NCBI GenBank assembly: GCA_963753715.1
Contig: CAVWDK010000010.1
Coordinates: forward strand, 61,564 to 125,563
Source: an uncultured Acidobacteriaceae bacterium
GTDB taxonomy: Bacteria > Acidobacteriota > Terriglobia > Terriglobales > Acidobacteriaceae
Direction of reading: 5' to 3'
DNA length: 64,000 bases
A program made the translations under genes and the position numbers. The notes beneath the pieces were generated by a model. It saw nothing but the letters and a program-made list of their open reading frames with translations. It ran no database searches and was not told where the DNA came from. Shown in pieces: positions 47,778 to 57,535 of this stretch (position 1 is its first letter; every line of letters begins with the position of its first letter).

Positions 47778-49982
47778 GTGAAGACCTTATTCCTGCGCGG
47801 GCTTCTGATGGTATCCGTCGTCGCCGCGGCCCTTTGTTTTGCAAAGGCCACCATCAAGGCCGCCTCCAACGAGGACCCTGCCCGCAAGGAATACGCCGAT
47901 AAGATTCGTGCTACCTACAATTACCGGTTTGGCAAAGACCACCCTTCCACGCCTGGCAATGCGACGATGGAAGACGACGACTTTGTTCAACCGGGCGCCT
48001 TCCCGGACGCAAAGTACTGCGGGCATTGTCATCAGGAAGCGCTCCACCAATGGCGGCAGGCCCTGCATTCGAATTCCTTCCGCACGCCGTTTTACCGCAC
48101 CAGTGTAAATATCCTGATTCGAACGAAAGGCATTGAGTTCTCCCGCCACTGCGATAGCTGCCACAACCCGATTGCCGTATTGTCCGGCGCCCTGACCCAG
48201 GACTCGCAAGTGGACCGCAGCTTCGATAAAGACGGTCTCACCTGCACCACGTGTCACTCCATTGAGAGCTTGAAGTCGACCAATGGTAATGGCGGCTTTG
48301 TCATGGCGATTCCCGCAGTGATGGTGGACGAAAACGGCCATCGCATTCCGGGCGAAGTTCCGTATGACGAGATCATGAAGTACCCCAAGCGCCACGATAT
48401 GGCCATCATGAAGCCCTTCTACCGGACACCCGAATTCTGCGCCGCTTGCCACAAGGCCAATTTGCCCGACACGCTGAACGACTACAAATTTATCCGCGCC
48501 TTTACCACCTACGACGAATGGCAGCAATCCAAGTTCTCGCAGCAAAATCCGCTGACCTTTTACACCGCCGACTTCACTACCTGCCAGGGCTGCCACATGA
48601 AACGAGCGGCCAATACCCTTCCTGAGCCGGGTGCAAAAAACGGCACCTTTGCTTCGCATAGCTGGCCGGCGGGAAACACGGCTGTTCCCTTCTATTACGG
48701 GTTTGATGAACAACTAAAAAAGACAACCGATTTCCTGAAAGCTGGAAACTATCTGAACGTGGACATTTTTGCGCTCCAGAAGGCCAACGATGACAAGATC
48801 ATTGGACCGCTCGGTTCCGTCCCTTTTAACCTCGACCCGAATGAAGTGGTGCAAGCCCTGGTGGTGATCCAGAACAAAAACATCGGCCACTCACTGATTC
48901 CGGAAGTGCGCGATCTCTACGAGGCCTGGGTCGAGTTCACCGCCAGGGACGCTACAGGTAAGGAGATCTATCACAGTGGCTTTATCAAGCCCGATGGCGC
49001 GCTGGACGAACGGGCACACAGTTTCACCAACCGGCCTGTCAACGTCGACGGCGGATTCGTCGATAATCACAAAGTCTGGACTATCCACTCGGTAGCCTAC
49101 GACAACTCTGTCCAGGCAGGCAGATCGGTGTTAGTGCGCTACCAGTTCCGGCTGCCGTCTGACTTGAAGGGCCCCATCACCATTACCGCGAAAGTGAACT
49201 ACCGGCATCTTCGCCAGAGCTATCTGAACAACATTTTTGGCCCCGATCATCCGGCCTATCCAATCGTGGAGATTGCATCGCGGAGCCGTGTTTTGCATTC
49301 CGGCGAGAATCGTCCTTGCCCGCCTGAAGCCGGCGACAACCCCGACTGGATGCGCTGGAACAATCTGGGCATTGCGTATCTCGACCAGGCGCAATACTAC
49401 GACGCGGTGCGCGCGTTTACTGAAGTAGCCAAACTAAGACCGGACTACGCCGATGCCTATACCAACGTCGCTTTGGCAGAAATTCAGTGGGAGAAATACG
49501 ATTCTGCCCGCGCCAGCATTACACGCGCCCTGGCTGTGAGCCCGGATAACCCGCGCGCCCTCTACTACCTTGCCCAGTTACAAAGACGGGCCGGTGAGTA
49601 CGACGCCGAGATCGCCAACTTGAAAAAAGTGGCCGAGCAATTCCCTGCTTCGCGCGATGCCCGGCGCGATCTTGGCCTCGCCTATTACCGGCGGCGCGAC
49701 TATCCGGCGGCCAGAATACAGTTTGAAGCGGTGCAGCAGATCGACCCGGACGATCTGAGTGCCCACTACAACCTGTCGATCATCTACCGGCGTATGGACA
49801 TGGAACAGAAGGCCGCGGAGCAACAAGCCGAGTTCATTACCAAGAAGTTCGACCCTGGAGCCCCCACGTACTCCTTCGACTTCCTGCGCCAGCACCCGGA
49901 GATATCGATCGAGAGTATTCCCCAGCATGTGCATACCGATCTTCCTTACGAAGCTAAGCCATCCCACGCGGGAGCTCAGTAG
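47778..49982 (+). CDS. Exported pentahaem c-type cytochrome fused to a C-terminal TPR domain
   Basis: GTG start with GGAGG upstream, a signal peptide and five CxxCH motifs (CGHCH, CDSCH, CTTCH, CAACH, CQGCH). A middle domain of about 200 aa is followed by C-terminal TPRs ('YYDAVRAFTEVAKLRPDYADAYTNVALAE...'). Confidence 0.8.
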   Translation: MKTLFLRGLLMVSVVAAALCFAKATIKAASNEDPARKEYADKIRATYNYRFGKDHPSTPGNATMEDDDFVQPGAFPDAKYCGHCHQEALHQWRQALHSNSFRTPFYRTSVNILIRTKGIEFSRHCDSCHNPIAVLSGALTQDSQVDRSFDKDGLTCTTCHSIESLKSTNGNGGFVMAIPAVMVDENGHRIPGEVPYDEIMKYPKRHDMAIMKPFYRTPEFCAACHKANLPDTLNDYKFIRAFTTYDEWQQSKFSQQNPLTFYTADFTTCQGCHMKRAANTLPEPGAKNGTFASHSWPAGNTAVPFYYGFDEQLKKTTDFLKAGNYLNVDIFALQKANDDKIIGPLGSVPFNLDPNEVVQALVVIQNKNIGHSLIPEVRDLYEAWVEFTARDATGKEIYHSGFIKPDGALDERAHSFTNRPVNVDGGFVDNHKVWTIHSVAYDNSVQAGRSVLVRYQFRLPSDLKGPITITAKVNYRHLRQSYLNNIFGPDHPAYPIVEIASRSRVLHSGENRPCPPEAGDNPDWMRWNNLGIAYLDQAQYYDAVRAFTEVAKLRPDYADAYTNVALAEIQWEKYDSARASITRALAVSPDNPRALYYLAQLQRRAGEYDAEIANLKKVAEQFPASRDARRDLGLAYYRRRDYPAARIQFEAVQQIDPDDLSAHYNLSIIYRRMDMEQKAAEQQAEFITKKFDPGAPTYSFDFLRQHPEISIESIPQHVHTDLPYEAKPSHAGAQ

Positions 49983-49999
49983 CGCGATTCACTGCCCGA

Positions 50000-50494
50000 A
50001 TGAGATATCTCACGCTAGCTCTCTTTGCGCTTCTGGCTCCAAGGCCCGCACTCTGCCAGGCGAGCCCTGGCTGTCCCTGGCTCAACCTCGCCACCGCCTC
50101 CGGAGTTCTCAGGAGCAGCGAGAACGGAAGTATGGCGACCTTGTCCCAGGGCAGCAAGGAGGTCTGCACGTTCCTCTACCACGACGCAACCACATCGCGT
50201 GAGCTGCGCATCACCACGGAAGAGGTGCAGGACCCAAAGCAGGCCATGACGCGCTACAAGGCCCGTTGCAGCGGCAAAGTGTTGCCTTTAAGGGCGATTG
50301 GCAATGAGGCGGTGATGTGTGCAGCGGCCATCCAAGGCCAAGCCGAGACAGAGCAAGTGATTGGCCGCGTGCGCGACCAGATCTTTACCGTCGCCATCAC
50401 CACCAGCGTTCGGAACGATCCCTCCATGTCTGGTGACGCGCTCAAGGAGAAAACCAGAAACGTAGCGGAGCAAGTAGCTGGCGCGCTCTTCTGA
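50000..50494 (+). CDS. Small exported hypothetical protein (Cys-containing)
   Basis: 164-aa ORF 17 nt after the pentahaem gene with a signal peptide (MRYLTLALFALLAPRPALCQA). I recognised no family. Confidence 0.55.
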   Translation: MRYLTLALFALLAPRPALCQASPGCPWLNLATASGVLRSSENGSMATLSQGSKEVCTFLYHDATTSRELRITTEEVQDPKQAMTRYKARCSGKVLPLRAIGNEAVMCAAAIQGQAETEQVIGRVRDQIFTVAITTSVRNDPSMSGDALKEKTRNVAEQVAGALF

Positions 50495-50592
50495 TCGCCC
50501 GCGAAATCGACCTTGTCAACCAAGGTCTTTGGATCTGGGAGAGGGTCTCGTGCTTTGTTCCCACCACAACGTGAGGATCGGCAGCGCGCTCG

Positions 50593-51150
50593 TCAGAGCG
50601 CGGGCTTTGCTGGATGCCACAAGCGTGAGGTGGTGTCTTTTTCGTATCCTTTGCCGTTGGGAAAGCTGACCAGTTCAAACTGCATGCCCCACGGCGAAAG
50701 GAAATAAATCCACGTCTGCCCCGCATTGGGCCCGGCGGTTCTGACGGTTGGCTTGCCCAGAAGCTGAACACCTTTGGCGGAAAGATAAGCCACTGCAGCG
50801 TCGAAATCATCCACGTAGAAAGCCAGATGATGGCCACCGACATCGCTGTTTTTGGGCGGAGTTAGATTTTGATCGGGTGCCTCGTACTGAAAAATCTCAA
50901 AGTTCGGACCGAACTTGCAGCGGAAGAAACGCAGCCTGCGCATCACCGTTCTGGGGTGAACGTTGAGATGTTTTTCCATCCAGTCATCTTCCGCAACAAA
51001 GGGGCCCAGCTCAAACATGTATTCGCACCCGATGACGTCGACAAAAAATCTGGTCGCTGCTTCCAGGTCGGGCACGGTGAAGCCTACATGCTCTGTTCCT
51101 CGCAGGCCAGGAATGCCTGAAGCAGGCTGGATACTGGGTTTGGATGACAA
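50593..51150 (-). CDS. VOC family protein (glyoxalase/bleomycin resistance/dioxygenase fold)
   Basis: 185-aa ORF with 'TEHVGFTVPDLEAATRFFVDVIG' and 'GGHHLAFYVDDFDAAVAYLSAKG', the paired beta-alpha-beta-beta-beta modules. Confidence 0.8.
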   Translation of the reverse strand: MSSKPSIQPASGIPGLRGTEHVGFTVPDLEAATRFFVDVIGCEYMFELGPFVAEDDWMEKHLNVHPRTVMRRLRFFRCKFGPNFEIFQYEAPDQNLTPPKNSDVGGHHLAFYVDDFDAAVAYLSAKGVQLLGKPTVRTAGPNAGQTWIYFLSPWGMQFELVSFPNGKGYEKDTTSRLWHPAKPAL

Positions 51151-51270
51151 AGTGACCTCCGGTGTGTGTCCTGTTCCGCGAAGATGTTTGGCGCAAGCCT
51201 TGATGGAAGGTCGTTTATATCATAATGTTCTTTCAGACAACAATGCATCGGTCATCGAGGTAGCAAGAGC

Positions 51271-52371
51271 TTGCAGATCACAAAAGTGCAAATCGCGGAG
51301 TGCGGTATACCCCTTCCCTACATTCTGCGTTTAGGTCCGGTTGAGATTCGCACACGGGACTATGTGCTTCTTCGCTTGGAAACCGACGCAGGTGTATGCG
51401 GCGAAGCAGTGGGCTATCCGCGAGGGACCCCTCTGTTCGATACCTTGAGCAGCATGGCGCGCCGCATCCTGGGCAAAGACGTTCGCATGCGGCGGCAGAT
51501 GATGTTTAACCTCGAGTACTCCAATGTTCCCGCGCGCGCAGGACTGACGCGCGGCCTTAGCCTGATCGATATTGCGTTGTGGGATATCGCCACGAAGCGG
51601 GCAGGACAGCCACTGTTCCAGTTTCTCGGCGGTCTGCGTACAGCGGCTGACGTGACCACCGTGGCCGGCTACTACGTTGATCAACGCGGGATTGGGGACG
51701 TCGTGAAAGAGGTGGGTCTGCTTGAGGATGCCGGCTGCAAACGGGTAAAGATCATGCTGAAGGGCGACGACCGCGACTTCGATAAGAAATATGCTTCGGC
51801 GGTAGCAGAGAAAATGCCGGGAAGAGTGGCAGCGGACGCTCATTGGACCTGGAGCACATTGACCGAGGCCAAGAGAGCCTGCCTTGACATCGATGAATTG
51901 GGTCTGAACTTCCTCGAAGATCCTTTTGCCGCTTCCGACATACGGCTGACGCACCAGATACGCAATGAACTGACCACTCCCATCGCGGCCGGCGAGGATG
52001 TGTTTGGAGCAGGAGTCGTCGCCGACCTGGTGAGCGGTATCGACCTGCTGCGTGTGGATGCCACGACGGTGGGGGGAATTACCGGCGCCATCGAAGCCAT
52101 CCATCTCGCCGCGGCGGCCGGCAGGACTGTATTCCCCCACGTCTTTGCGCCGCTGCATGTTCATCTTGCCTGCGCATTCCCCAATGTCGAAGCAGTCGAA
52201 TGGATCACGCAGGAGAGCGGCGCCGACCCCTTGGATCAGTTCCTACAAAACATCCCATCTATCGAGCGCGGACAGATGAGCCCAAGCGAAGAGCCGGGCA
52301 TCGGTATCTCCATCGATTGGAGTAGAGTCGAGAAACTGTCACGAAGGAACGCTGTGATTAGCGAAAGTTGA
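51271..52371 (+). CDS. Mandelate racemase/muconate lactonizing enzyme family protein (enolase superfamily)
   Basis: 366-aa ORF with a TTG start. It has the capping domain 'ITKVQIAECGIPLP...LLRLETDAGVCGEA' and the barrel motifs 'KIMLKG', 'LNFLEDPF' and 'PIAAGED'. Confidence 0.8.
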   Translation: MQITKVQIAECGIPLPYILRLGPVEIRTRDYVLLRLETDAGVCGEAVGYPRGTPLFDTLSSMARRILGKDVRMRRQMMFNLEYSNVPARAGLTRGLSLIDIALWDIATKRAGQPLFQFLGGLRTAADVTTVAGYYVDQRGIGDVVKEVGLLEDAGCKRVKIMLKGDDRDFDKKYASAVAEKMPGRVAADAHWTWSTLTEAKRACLDIDELGLNFLEDPFAASDIRLTHQIRNELTTPIAAGEDVFGAGVVADLVSGIDLLRVDATTVGGITGAIEAIHLAAAAGRTVFPHVFAPLHVHLACAFPNVEAVEWITQESGADPLDQFLQNIPSIERGQMSPSEEPGIGISIDWSRVEKLSRRNAVISES

Positions 52372-52389
52372 GCAAGTTATGCCCGGGCT

Positions 52390-53676
52390 TCAGTGGGAAG
52401 TCTGTGCCGCGGGCAGAGTTCTCTTCACACCCGCGTTGCCCGCGGCTAACTCATTCGCTACCGCGAGAATTTGTAGTGTCTCCGCATCATCCGCGTCGAG
52501 CGAAAGAATATCGCGCAGGCGGCGAATAGCCTCTTCTGCCTTTCCCGTCTTGCAGAGAATAAGAGCCGCGTTACGCTGGAACACCAGATTGGAAACATCT
52601 GTCTTCGCGGCCTGGTCGAAATGGTCCAGCGCGCCGGCAAGGTCGCCTTTCTTTTCCAACTCAACGCCGGTGTTGTTTAAGACCATTGCTTTCGTCTCGC
52701 TGTCCGCTTCGGCGTGGGTGCTGGCGAGCAAATCCTCCAAATCTTTTTGCAGACGCGGTGCGTTGACCGCGTCGCCCTTGAGGCTGTAAATCCGGTACAG
52801 CCGGTAGGTAACTTCCCGATCGCTCGGCATCAGGCGATGGGCCGTTTCAAACTCGCTGATGGCCTTATCCTGGTTGCCGGAATCCTGATACAGCTTTCCG
52901 AGAAGCGCATGCGAAATTTCATTTTCCGAATCTAAACTCACCGCTTTCTCGAGCGTCGTCCTGCTTTCCTCGGAGCGGTTAAGCGAGAACAGAGCCTCTC
53001 CAATGGCCGCGTATGCCTCGGCCCAATCTGGCTCGAGCTCCAGCGTTTTACGGTAGGAATCGATGGTGTCCTGCCACTTTTTCTGGTAGTAGGCGTCACG
53101 GGCTTTCAGCCGCCAAAGGTCGAGAGGAGAGGCGCTCTGTGGACCCTTGCTCTCCAGTTCCAGATTTACCTGCTTTTCCGATTCGCCGTACCTCTTCGCT
53201 CGCGCCAGCACGAGCGCGTAGTTATATCGAGCTCCCGGCAGGTTGGGATCAAGCTTGAGCGCGGCAGAAAGGCGCTCCAACGCCCGATCCAAATTGTCAA
53301 AACTGGCGTATGCCAAGCCCGAAGATAAGTAATACGGGGCATACTTTGGGCGCAACGCAATGGCCTGTTCAAACTCGACCGCGGATTCGATTGGCTTGGA
53401 CAACAGCGCCAGACAAATTCCTTTCAATGCGTGAATGTCACTCGCGTTGGCTCCGTGAGGATCGGCCTGCTGAAGAACAGTGAGGGCGCTTTGTGGATCG
53501 CCACCCTGAACAAGTTTCTTCGCTTGATCCAGAAGCGCCGATTGACTCGAGGAAGCGCCGCTTACAAACCGCGCCTTCGGCGGATTTTGCGCAGAGCCAG
53601 TCGCGGGCAAAAGGATTTGGCCCGCTGCGAGGGCAGCAAGCAACAGAGCAGTGCAGTGGTGGGCCCCGTTTTGCAT
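52390..53676 (-). CDS. Tetratricopeptide repeat protein, exported
   Basis: 428-aa ORF with a signal peptide (ALLLAALAAGQILLPATGSAQ) and about 10 recognisable TPR units (e.g. 'AEAYAAIGEALFSLNRSEESRTTLEKAVSLDSEN'). Confidence 0.8.
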   Translation of the reverse strand: MQNGAHHCTALLLAALAAGQILLPATGSAQNPPKARFVSGASSSQSALLDQAKKLVQGGDPQSALTVLQQADPHGANASDIHALKGICLALLSKPIESAVEFEQAIALRPKYAPYYLSSGLAYASFDNLDRALERLSAALKLDPNLPGARYNYALVLARAKRYGESEKQVNLELESKGPQSASPLDLWRLKARDAYYQKKWQDTIDSYRKTLELEPDWAEAYAAIGEALFSLNRSEESRTTLEKAVSLDSENEISHALLGKLYQDSGNQDKAISEFETAHRLMPSDREVTYRLYRIYSLKGDAVNAPRLQKDLEDLLASTHAEADSETKAMVLNNTGVELEKKGDLAGALDHFDQAAKTDVSNLVFQRNAALILCKTGKAEEAIRRLRDILSLDADDAETLQILAVANELAAGNAGVKRTLPAAQTSH

Positions 53677-53811
53677 GCAGATGACTTGACCATTTTAGCG
53701 ACCAAACGCCCTCAAAGGGCCCTCGCCCTGTTGCGCTCCAACGCTACCTCGCTAACCCAACTTGATGGCAAATCCCGCCTAGCGGGACGATAAGTATCAT
53801 ATAGTTATATA

Positions 53812-53866
53812 TTGCTCAGAGTAAGATATTTTTGTGTTGACAAACTCTTTTCCAGGCACCTATACA
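53812..53866 (+). promoter_or_regulatory. Conserved promoter/operator block upstream of TonB-dependent receptor 1
   Basis: TTGCTCAGAGTAAGATATTTTT (53812-53833) is followed by TTGACA (53837-53842), 18 nt and TATACA (53861-53866). The same block with the same spacing lies upstream of receptor 2 (59091-59144). Confidence 0.55.
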
Positions 53867-53919
53867 GGACGGCGTCACAATCCCGGAGTTTAAGTCGTAG
53901 CCGTTGCCCAGGAGGCGTT

Positions 53920-56900
53920 GTGGGAAATCTATTCAGGGCCACTGAGGTTGAGAGTTTGCTTTCGCCGCGCTATTCACCCAAAGCCGGCCACTATCGTCGA
54001 ATCACGATGCGGGTCTCCGCCTGCATCGTGATGCTCATTGCCTTCTGCGCTGCCGGTCACTCGCAGACGGCAACGGGGCAGTTCAACGGCCACGTATTCG
54101 ACCAGAACGGGGCCGTGGTTCCGGGCGCCAAGGTAACCTTGGTCGACGTCCAAACAAACCTGAGCCGAAGCACGCAGACGAATGGCGAAGGTTTATACGA
54201 ATTCCCGCTTCTGCCGCCAGGAAATTACAAAATCACCGCGGCGGAGACCGGCTTTCAAGAGGCTGTTAGCCCTGATCTGAAACTCGACGTCAACCAGACT
54301 TCCACCCAGGACTTTCACCTCCAAGTGGGAGCCGCGTCGCAGACGGTCAATGTCACGGCGTCGGCTGAATTGCTGCAAGCGTCCTCGAGCGAACTGGGCG
54401 CTGTGATCGAACAGCGTTCGGTGAATGAGCTTCCGCTGAACGGGAGAAACTTCACCGCGCTGCTCACCCTGGCACCTGGTGTCAACACGGTGAACTACTC
54501 GCAAAACAATACTCTCAACGCCGCGGCGGCCCCGCCCGGTATTCCCGGGTCCACTTTTGTTTTCCCTTCGATACAGGGCCAGTGGAATCGTGAGAGCCTT
54601 TATTTTCAGGATGGCCTCAGCAACACGGCCGTCAACCGCAGCTCGTACGACGTTCCGCCGATTGTCGACGCGGTGCAGGAATTCAAGATTCAATCGCATA
54701 ACGATGTGGCCGAGTTTGGGGGCGTCCTTGGTGGGGTGGTCAATATCGTCACCAAGTCAGGCACGAATTCCTACCATGGGGCAGCGTGGGAATATTTGCG
54801 CAACAATGCTTTCGATTCCCGTAATCCCTTTACAGACTTCCACGGCAACACGCCCGCGGCGCCCGCCGCATTTCGCCAGAACGAATTCGGAGCGGATCTT
54901 GGCGGTCCCGTCCGGATCCCGAAACTCTACAACGGAATGAACAAGACGTTCTTTTATTTCGCGTGGGAAAGCTGGAGATATTCGAAAGCGGCCGGACTCA
55001 GCTACGTCTCGCCCACGACGGCGGAGTTAGCCGGCGATTTCAGCGATGCCTCCATCGTGAACAACTTGAATGTGCCGGCGCTTCTTTACAATCCGTTTGA
55101 GACCAGCGGAACCCCGGGAAACTATACGCGGCCGCTGCTAGGCGGCGATGGCCACCACATCCCTGCAAATATGATCGATCAAGGGAATCAGACCTTTCTA
55201 AAAACCTATAGCGATACCCCTAACTTCACTCCTAGCACACCAGGCGGCCCCAATACGATTCTGAATTCAGTGGGTGTGAACAACGCCGACCAGTACAACG
55301 GGCGAATCGATCAGAACTTCGGCGCAAAGAACACGATTTTCTTTCGCTATAGCCTGATCAGCGTGAGCATTTCAAGCCCTCAATCGTTCCATCTGACTTC
55401 CCTTACAACCACGACGAATCGAAATTTTGGTGGTGGTTACACCCATGTGTTCTCCCCGACTGTCATCCTCGACGGCCGAGTGGGACGTTCAGGGAGATTC
55501 GGCGCAACATCTGGCGGAGTTCCTCTCGGTGGCGTACCACGCCAGGGCTTTCCCGCAATCGAGCCGAACTATGGAAACGTGACCTTTGCCTACACCTCGT
55601 CATCGGCTGTCGGCCAATCGGGTTTGGCGTCAGCGTACAACAACGTCGCCGATGCGGGTCCCACGTCTGTTGGAGGGTCCCAGGCGGATACGAACTACGC
55701 CGCGAATATCACGTGGCTCCATGGGAATCACCAGATACGCTTCGGATTTGAACAGATCATTTTCGGCCAGCAAACCGGGCCGCTGTCAAAGAACTACGGG
55801 ACCGGAACTTTTAACTACGCTACTCCGGAAACAGCGGACCCGCAAAATGCCGGTAGCACAGGAAATCCGCTGGCCGGCGCTCTTTTAGGCGTTCCGGACA
55901 ATGGCCGCTTTAACCGGCCTTCCTTCTCCGCCACTCGATTTGAAGCGAGCGGAGCATATATCCAGGATTCCTGGAAGGTGACACCGCGCCTGACGATCAA
56001 TGGGGGGTTGCGTTGGGATGGGCAGTCCTCGCCCCATTTGTTGAACGGAACGACCGCAGGAATGCTTGACCCGAACACCGGTAACTGGATTATCTCGGGG
56101 GGAAAGCTGCCTCCTCCCTGCGATCCAACCGCGGGAGTCTATGCGCCTTGCATCCCATCGGCGGACCCTGCCACCAACGCGATCCTTGCTGCGCATGTGG
56201 TTCCTGCTGCGAATCCGAACCTGGGCCCGGACCCGGTGTACACCAACTTCGGGCCCCGCCTCGGTGTCGCTTTCAAGCTGGATAACTCGACGGTGATCAG
56301 GGGTGGTTACGGTTTGATCTTTGACACGACACAAGGTTCGGTGCAGACGGTGAATGACCGCCTCAATGCGTGGCCTTCCAACTTTTCTCTCCCGTTGGTC
56401 TTTAACGTGATCGGACAGCCGGTCGACACCATGGCGCAGATTACTCCTACGCTGGCGAACGCCAAGGCATTGCCTGCTGTTACGACGCCCTTCCAGCAGT
56501 TTGGATGGTATTACGATCCGCATATGAAGACTGCCTATTCTCATCAGTTCAATGTGGACATACAGCGACAGATCAGCAACAGCCTGGTGGCCTCGATTTC
56601 GTATGTGGGCAGCATCAACCGGCGGTTGCAGCTAACGGGCCTGGACAACAATTCGCCAGTTCCGGGCGAGGCCGGTGCTAACCGTCCATTTCCCTGGTCG
56701 GGCACGGCGCTCGAAGCAACGGCTCGGGGCACCTCCAACTACAACGCAATGCAAGTGAGGGTGGACAAGCGCATGTCCTCGGGGCTGGCCTTTGGGACTG
56801 GTTATACATGGTCGAAGTCGATGGACAATGGCGGGAGCGGCTTCTATGGCGTCGAGAACGGTCCACAAAGTTATTCGACGATGCAGAACTACAACGATCT

Positions 56901-57480
56901 GAAAGCCGACTATGGGATATCAGGAAACAGCATCACCAATATCGTCTATGGCTGGGGTCTGTATGAGCTGCCCTTTGGCAAAGACAAGCCGTATTTGAAC
57001 CAGGGTTTTGCTTCTTATATCGTCGGTGGTTGGCAGGCGAACATCAACTTATCGGCTCACTCCGGACCTCCCCTGGGCTTTCCTGACGCAGGGCGCGATC
57101 CAGCCAACATTGGCAATACGGGTACTTATAACTATGACCGCGCCAATCTGATCGGAAACCCCAAGGTCAGCCACCCCACCAAGAAGATGGCATTTAACAC
57201 AGCGGCATTTGCGCATCCGGTGAACCAATATGGCAATTCCGGCAGAGGCATCGTACATGGCATGCCGTATGACAATTTCGACTTTTCACTGATGAAGCAA
57301 TTGCCGATTACGGAAAGAGCGGCGCTGCAATTTCGGGCGGAGTTTTTCAATGTGTTCAACATCCAAAACTATGGCTTACCGAACACTACATTTGGGGGGA
57401 GCGGGTTTGGGGTTATTACGAATCTCACTGCGGGTGCAACTCCGCGGCAGATTCAGTTCAGCCTTCGGGCTAGTTTTTAA
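53920..57480 (+). CDS. TonB-dependent receptor with a carboxypeptidase-regulatory-like N-domain (paralog 1)
   Basis: It has 'GQFNGHVFDQNGAVVPGAKVTLVDVQTN...GEGLYEFPLLPPGNYKI' (CarboxypepD_reg), the plug 'ELPLNGRNFTALLTL' and the C-terminal 'LQFRAEFFNVFNIQNYG...RQIQFSLRASF*'. GTG 53920 has AGGAGG 4-5 nt upstream. An alternative ATG at 54007 begins the hydrophobic signal core. Confidence 0.85.
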   Translation: MGNLFRATEVESLLSPRYSPKAGHYRRITMRVSACIVMLIAFCAAGHSQTATGQFNGHVFDQNGAVVPGAKVTLVDVQTNLSRSTQTNGEGLYEFPLLPPGNYKITAAETGFQEAVSPDLKLDVNQTSTQDFHLQVGAASQTVNVTASAELLQASSSELGAVIEQRSVNELPLNGRNFTALLTLAPGVNTVNYSQNNTLNAAAAPPGIPGSTFVFPSIQGQWNRESLYFQDGLSNTAVNRSSYDVPPIVDAVQEFKIQSHNDVAEFGGVLGGVVNIVTKSGTNSYHGAAWEYLRNNAFDSRNPFTDFHGNTPAAPAAFRQNEFGADLGGPVRIPKLYNGMNKTFFYFAWESWRYSKAAGLSYVSPTTAELAGDFSDASIVNNLNVPALLYNPFETSGTPGNYTRPLLGGDGHHIPANMIDQGNQTFLKTYSDTPNFTPSTPGGPNTILNSVGVNNADQYNGRIDQNFGAKNTIFFRYSLISVSISSPQSFHLTSLTTTTNRNFGGGYTHVFSPTVILDGRVGRSGRFGATSGGVPLGGVPRQGFPAIEPNYGNVTFAYTSSSAVGQSGLASAYNNVADAGPTSVGGSQADTNYAANITWLHGNHQIRFGFEQIIFGQQTGPLSKNYGTGTFNYATPETADPQNAGSTGNPLAGALLGVPDNGRFNRPSFSATRFEASGAYIQDSWKVTPRLTINGGLRWDGQSSPHLLNGTTAGMLDPNTGNWIISGGKLPPPCDPTAGVYAPCIPSADPATNAILAAHVVPAANPNLGPDPVYTNFGPRLGVAFKLDNSTVIRGGYGLIFDTTQGSVQTVNDRLNAWPSNFSLPLVFNVIGQPVDTMAQITPTLANAKALPAVTTPFQQFGWYYDPHMKTAYSHQFNVDIQRQISNSLVASISYVGSINRRLQLTGLDNNSPVPGEAGANRPFPWSGTALEATARGTSNYNAMQVRVDKRMSSGLAFGTGYTWSKSMDNGGSGFYGVENGPQSYSTMQNYNDLKADYGISGNSITNIVYGWGLYELPFGKDKPYLNQGFASYIVGGWQANINLSAHSGPPLGFPDAGRDPANIGNTGTYNYDRANLIGNPKVSHPTKKMAFNTAAFAHPVNQYGNSGRGIVHGMPYDNFDFSLMKQLPITERAALQFRAEFFNVFNIQNYGLPNTTFGGSGFGVITNLTAGATPRQIQFSLRASF

Positions 57481-57535
57481 AGTGTTCCAGGCTTGTGGGT
57501 CGTTGAGAGTTGTGCAGTGGGGTTTACGGTCTAGA

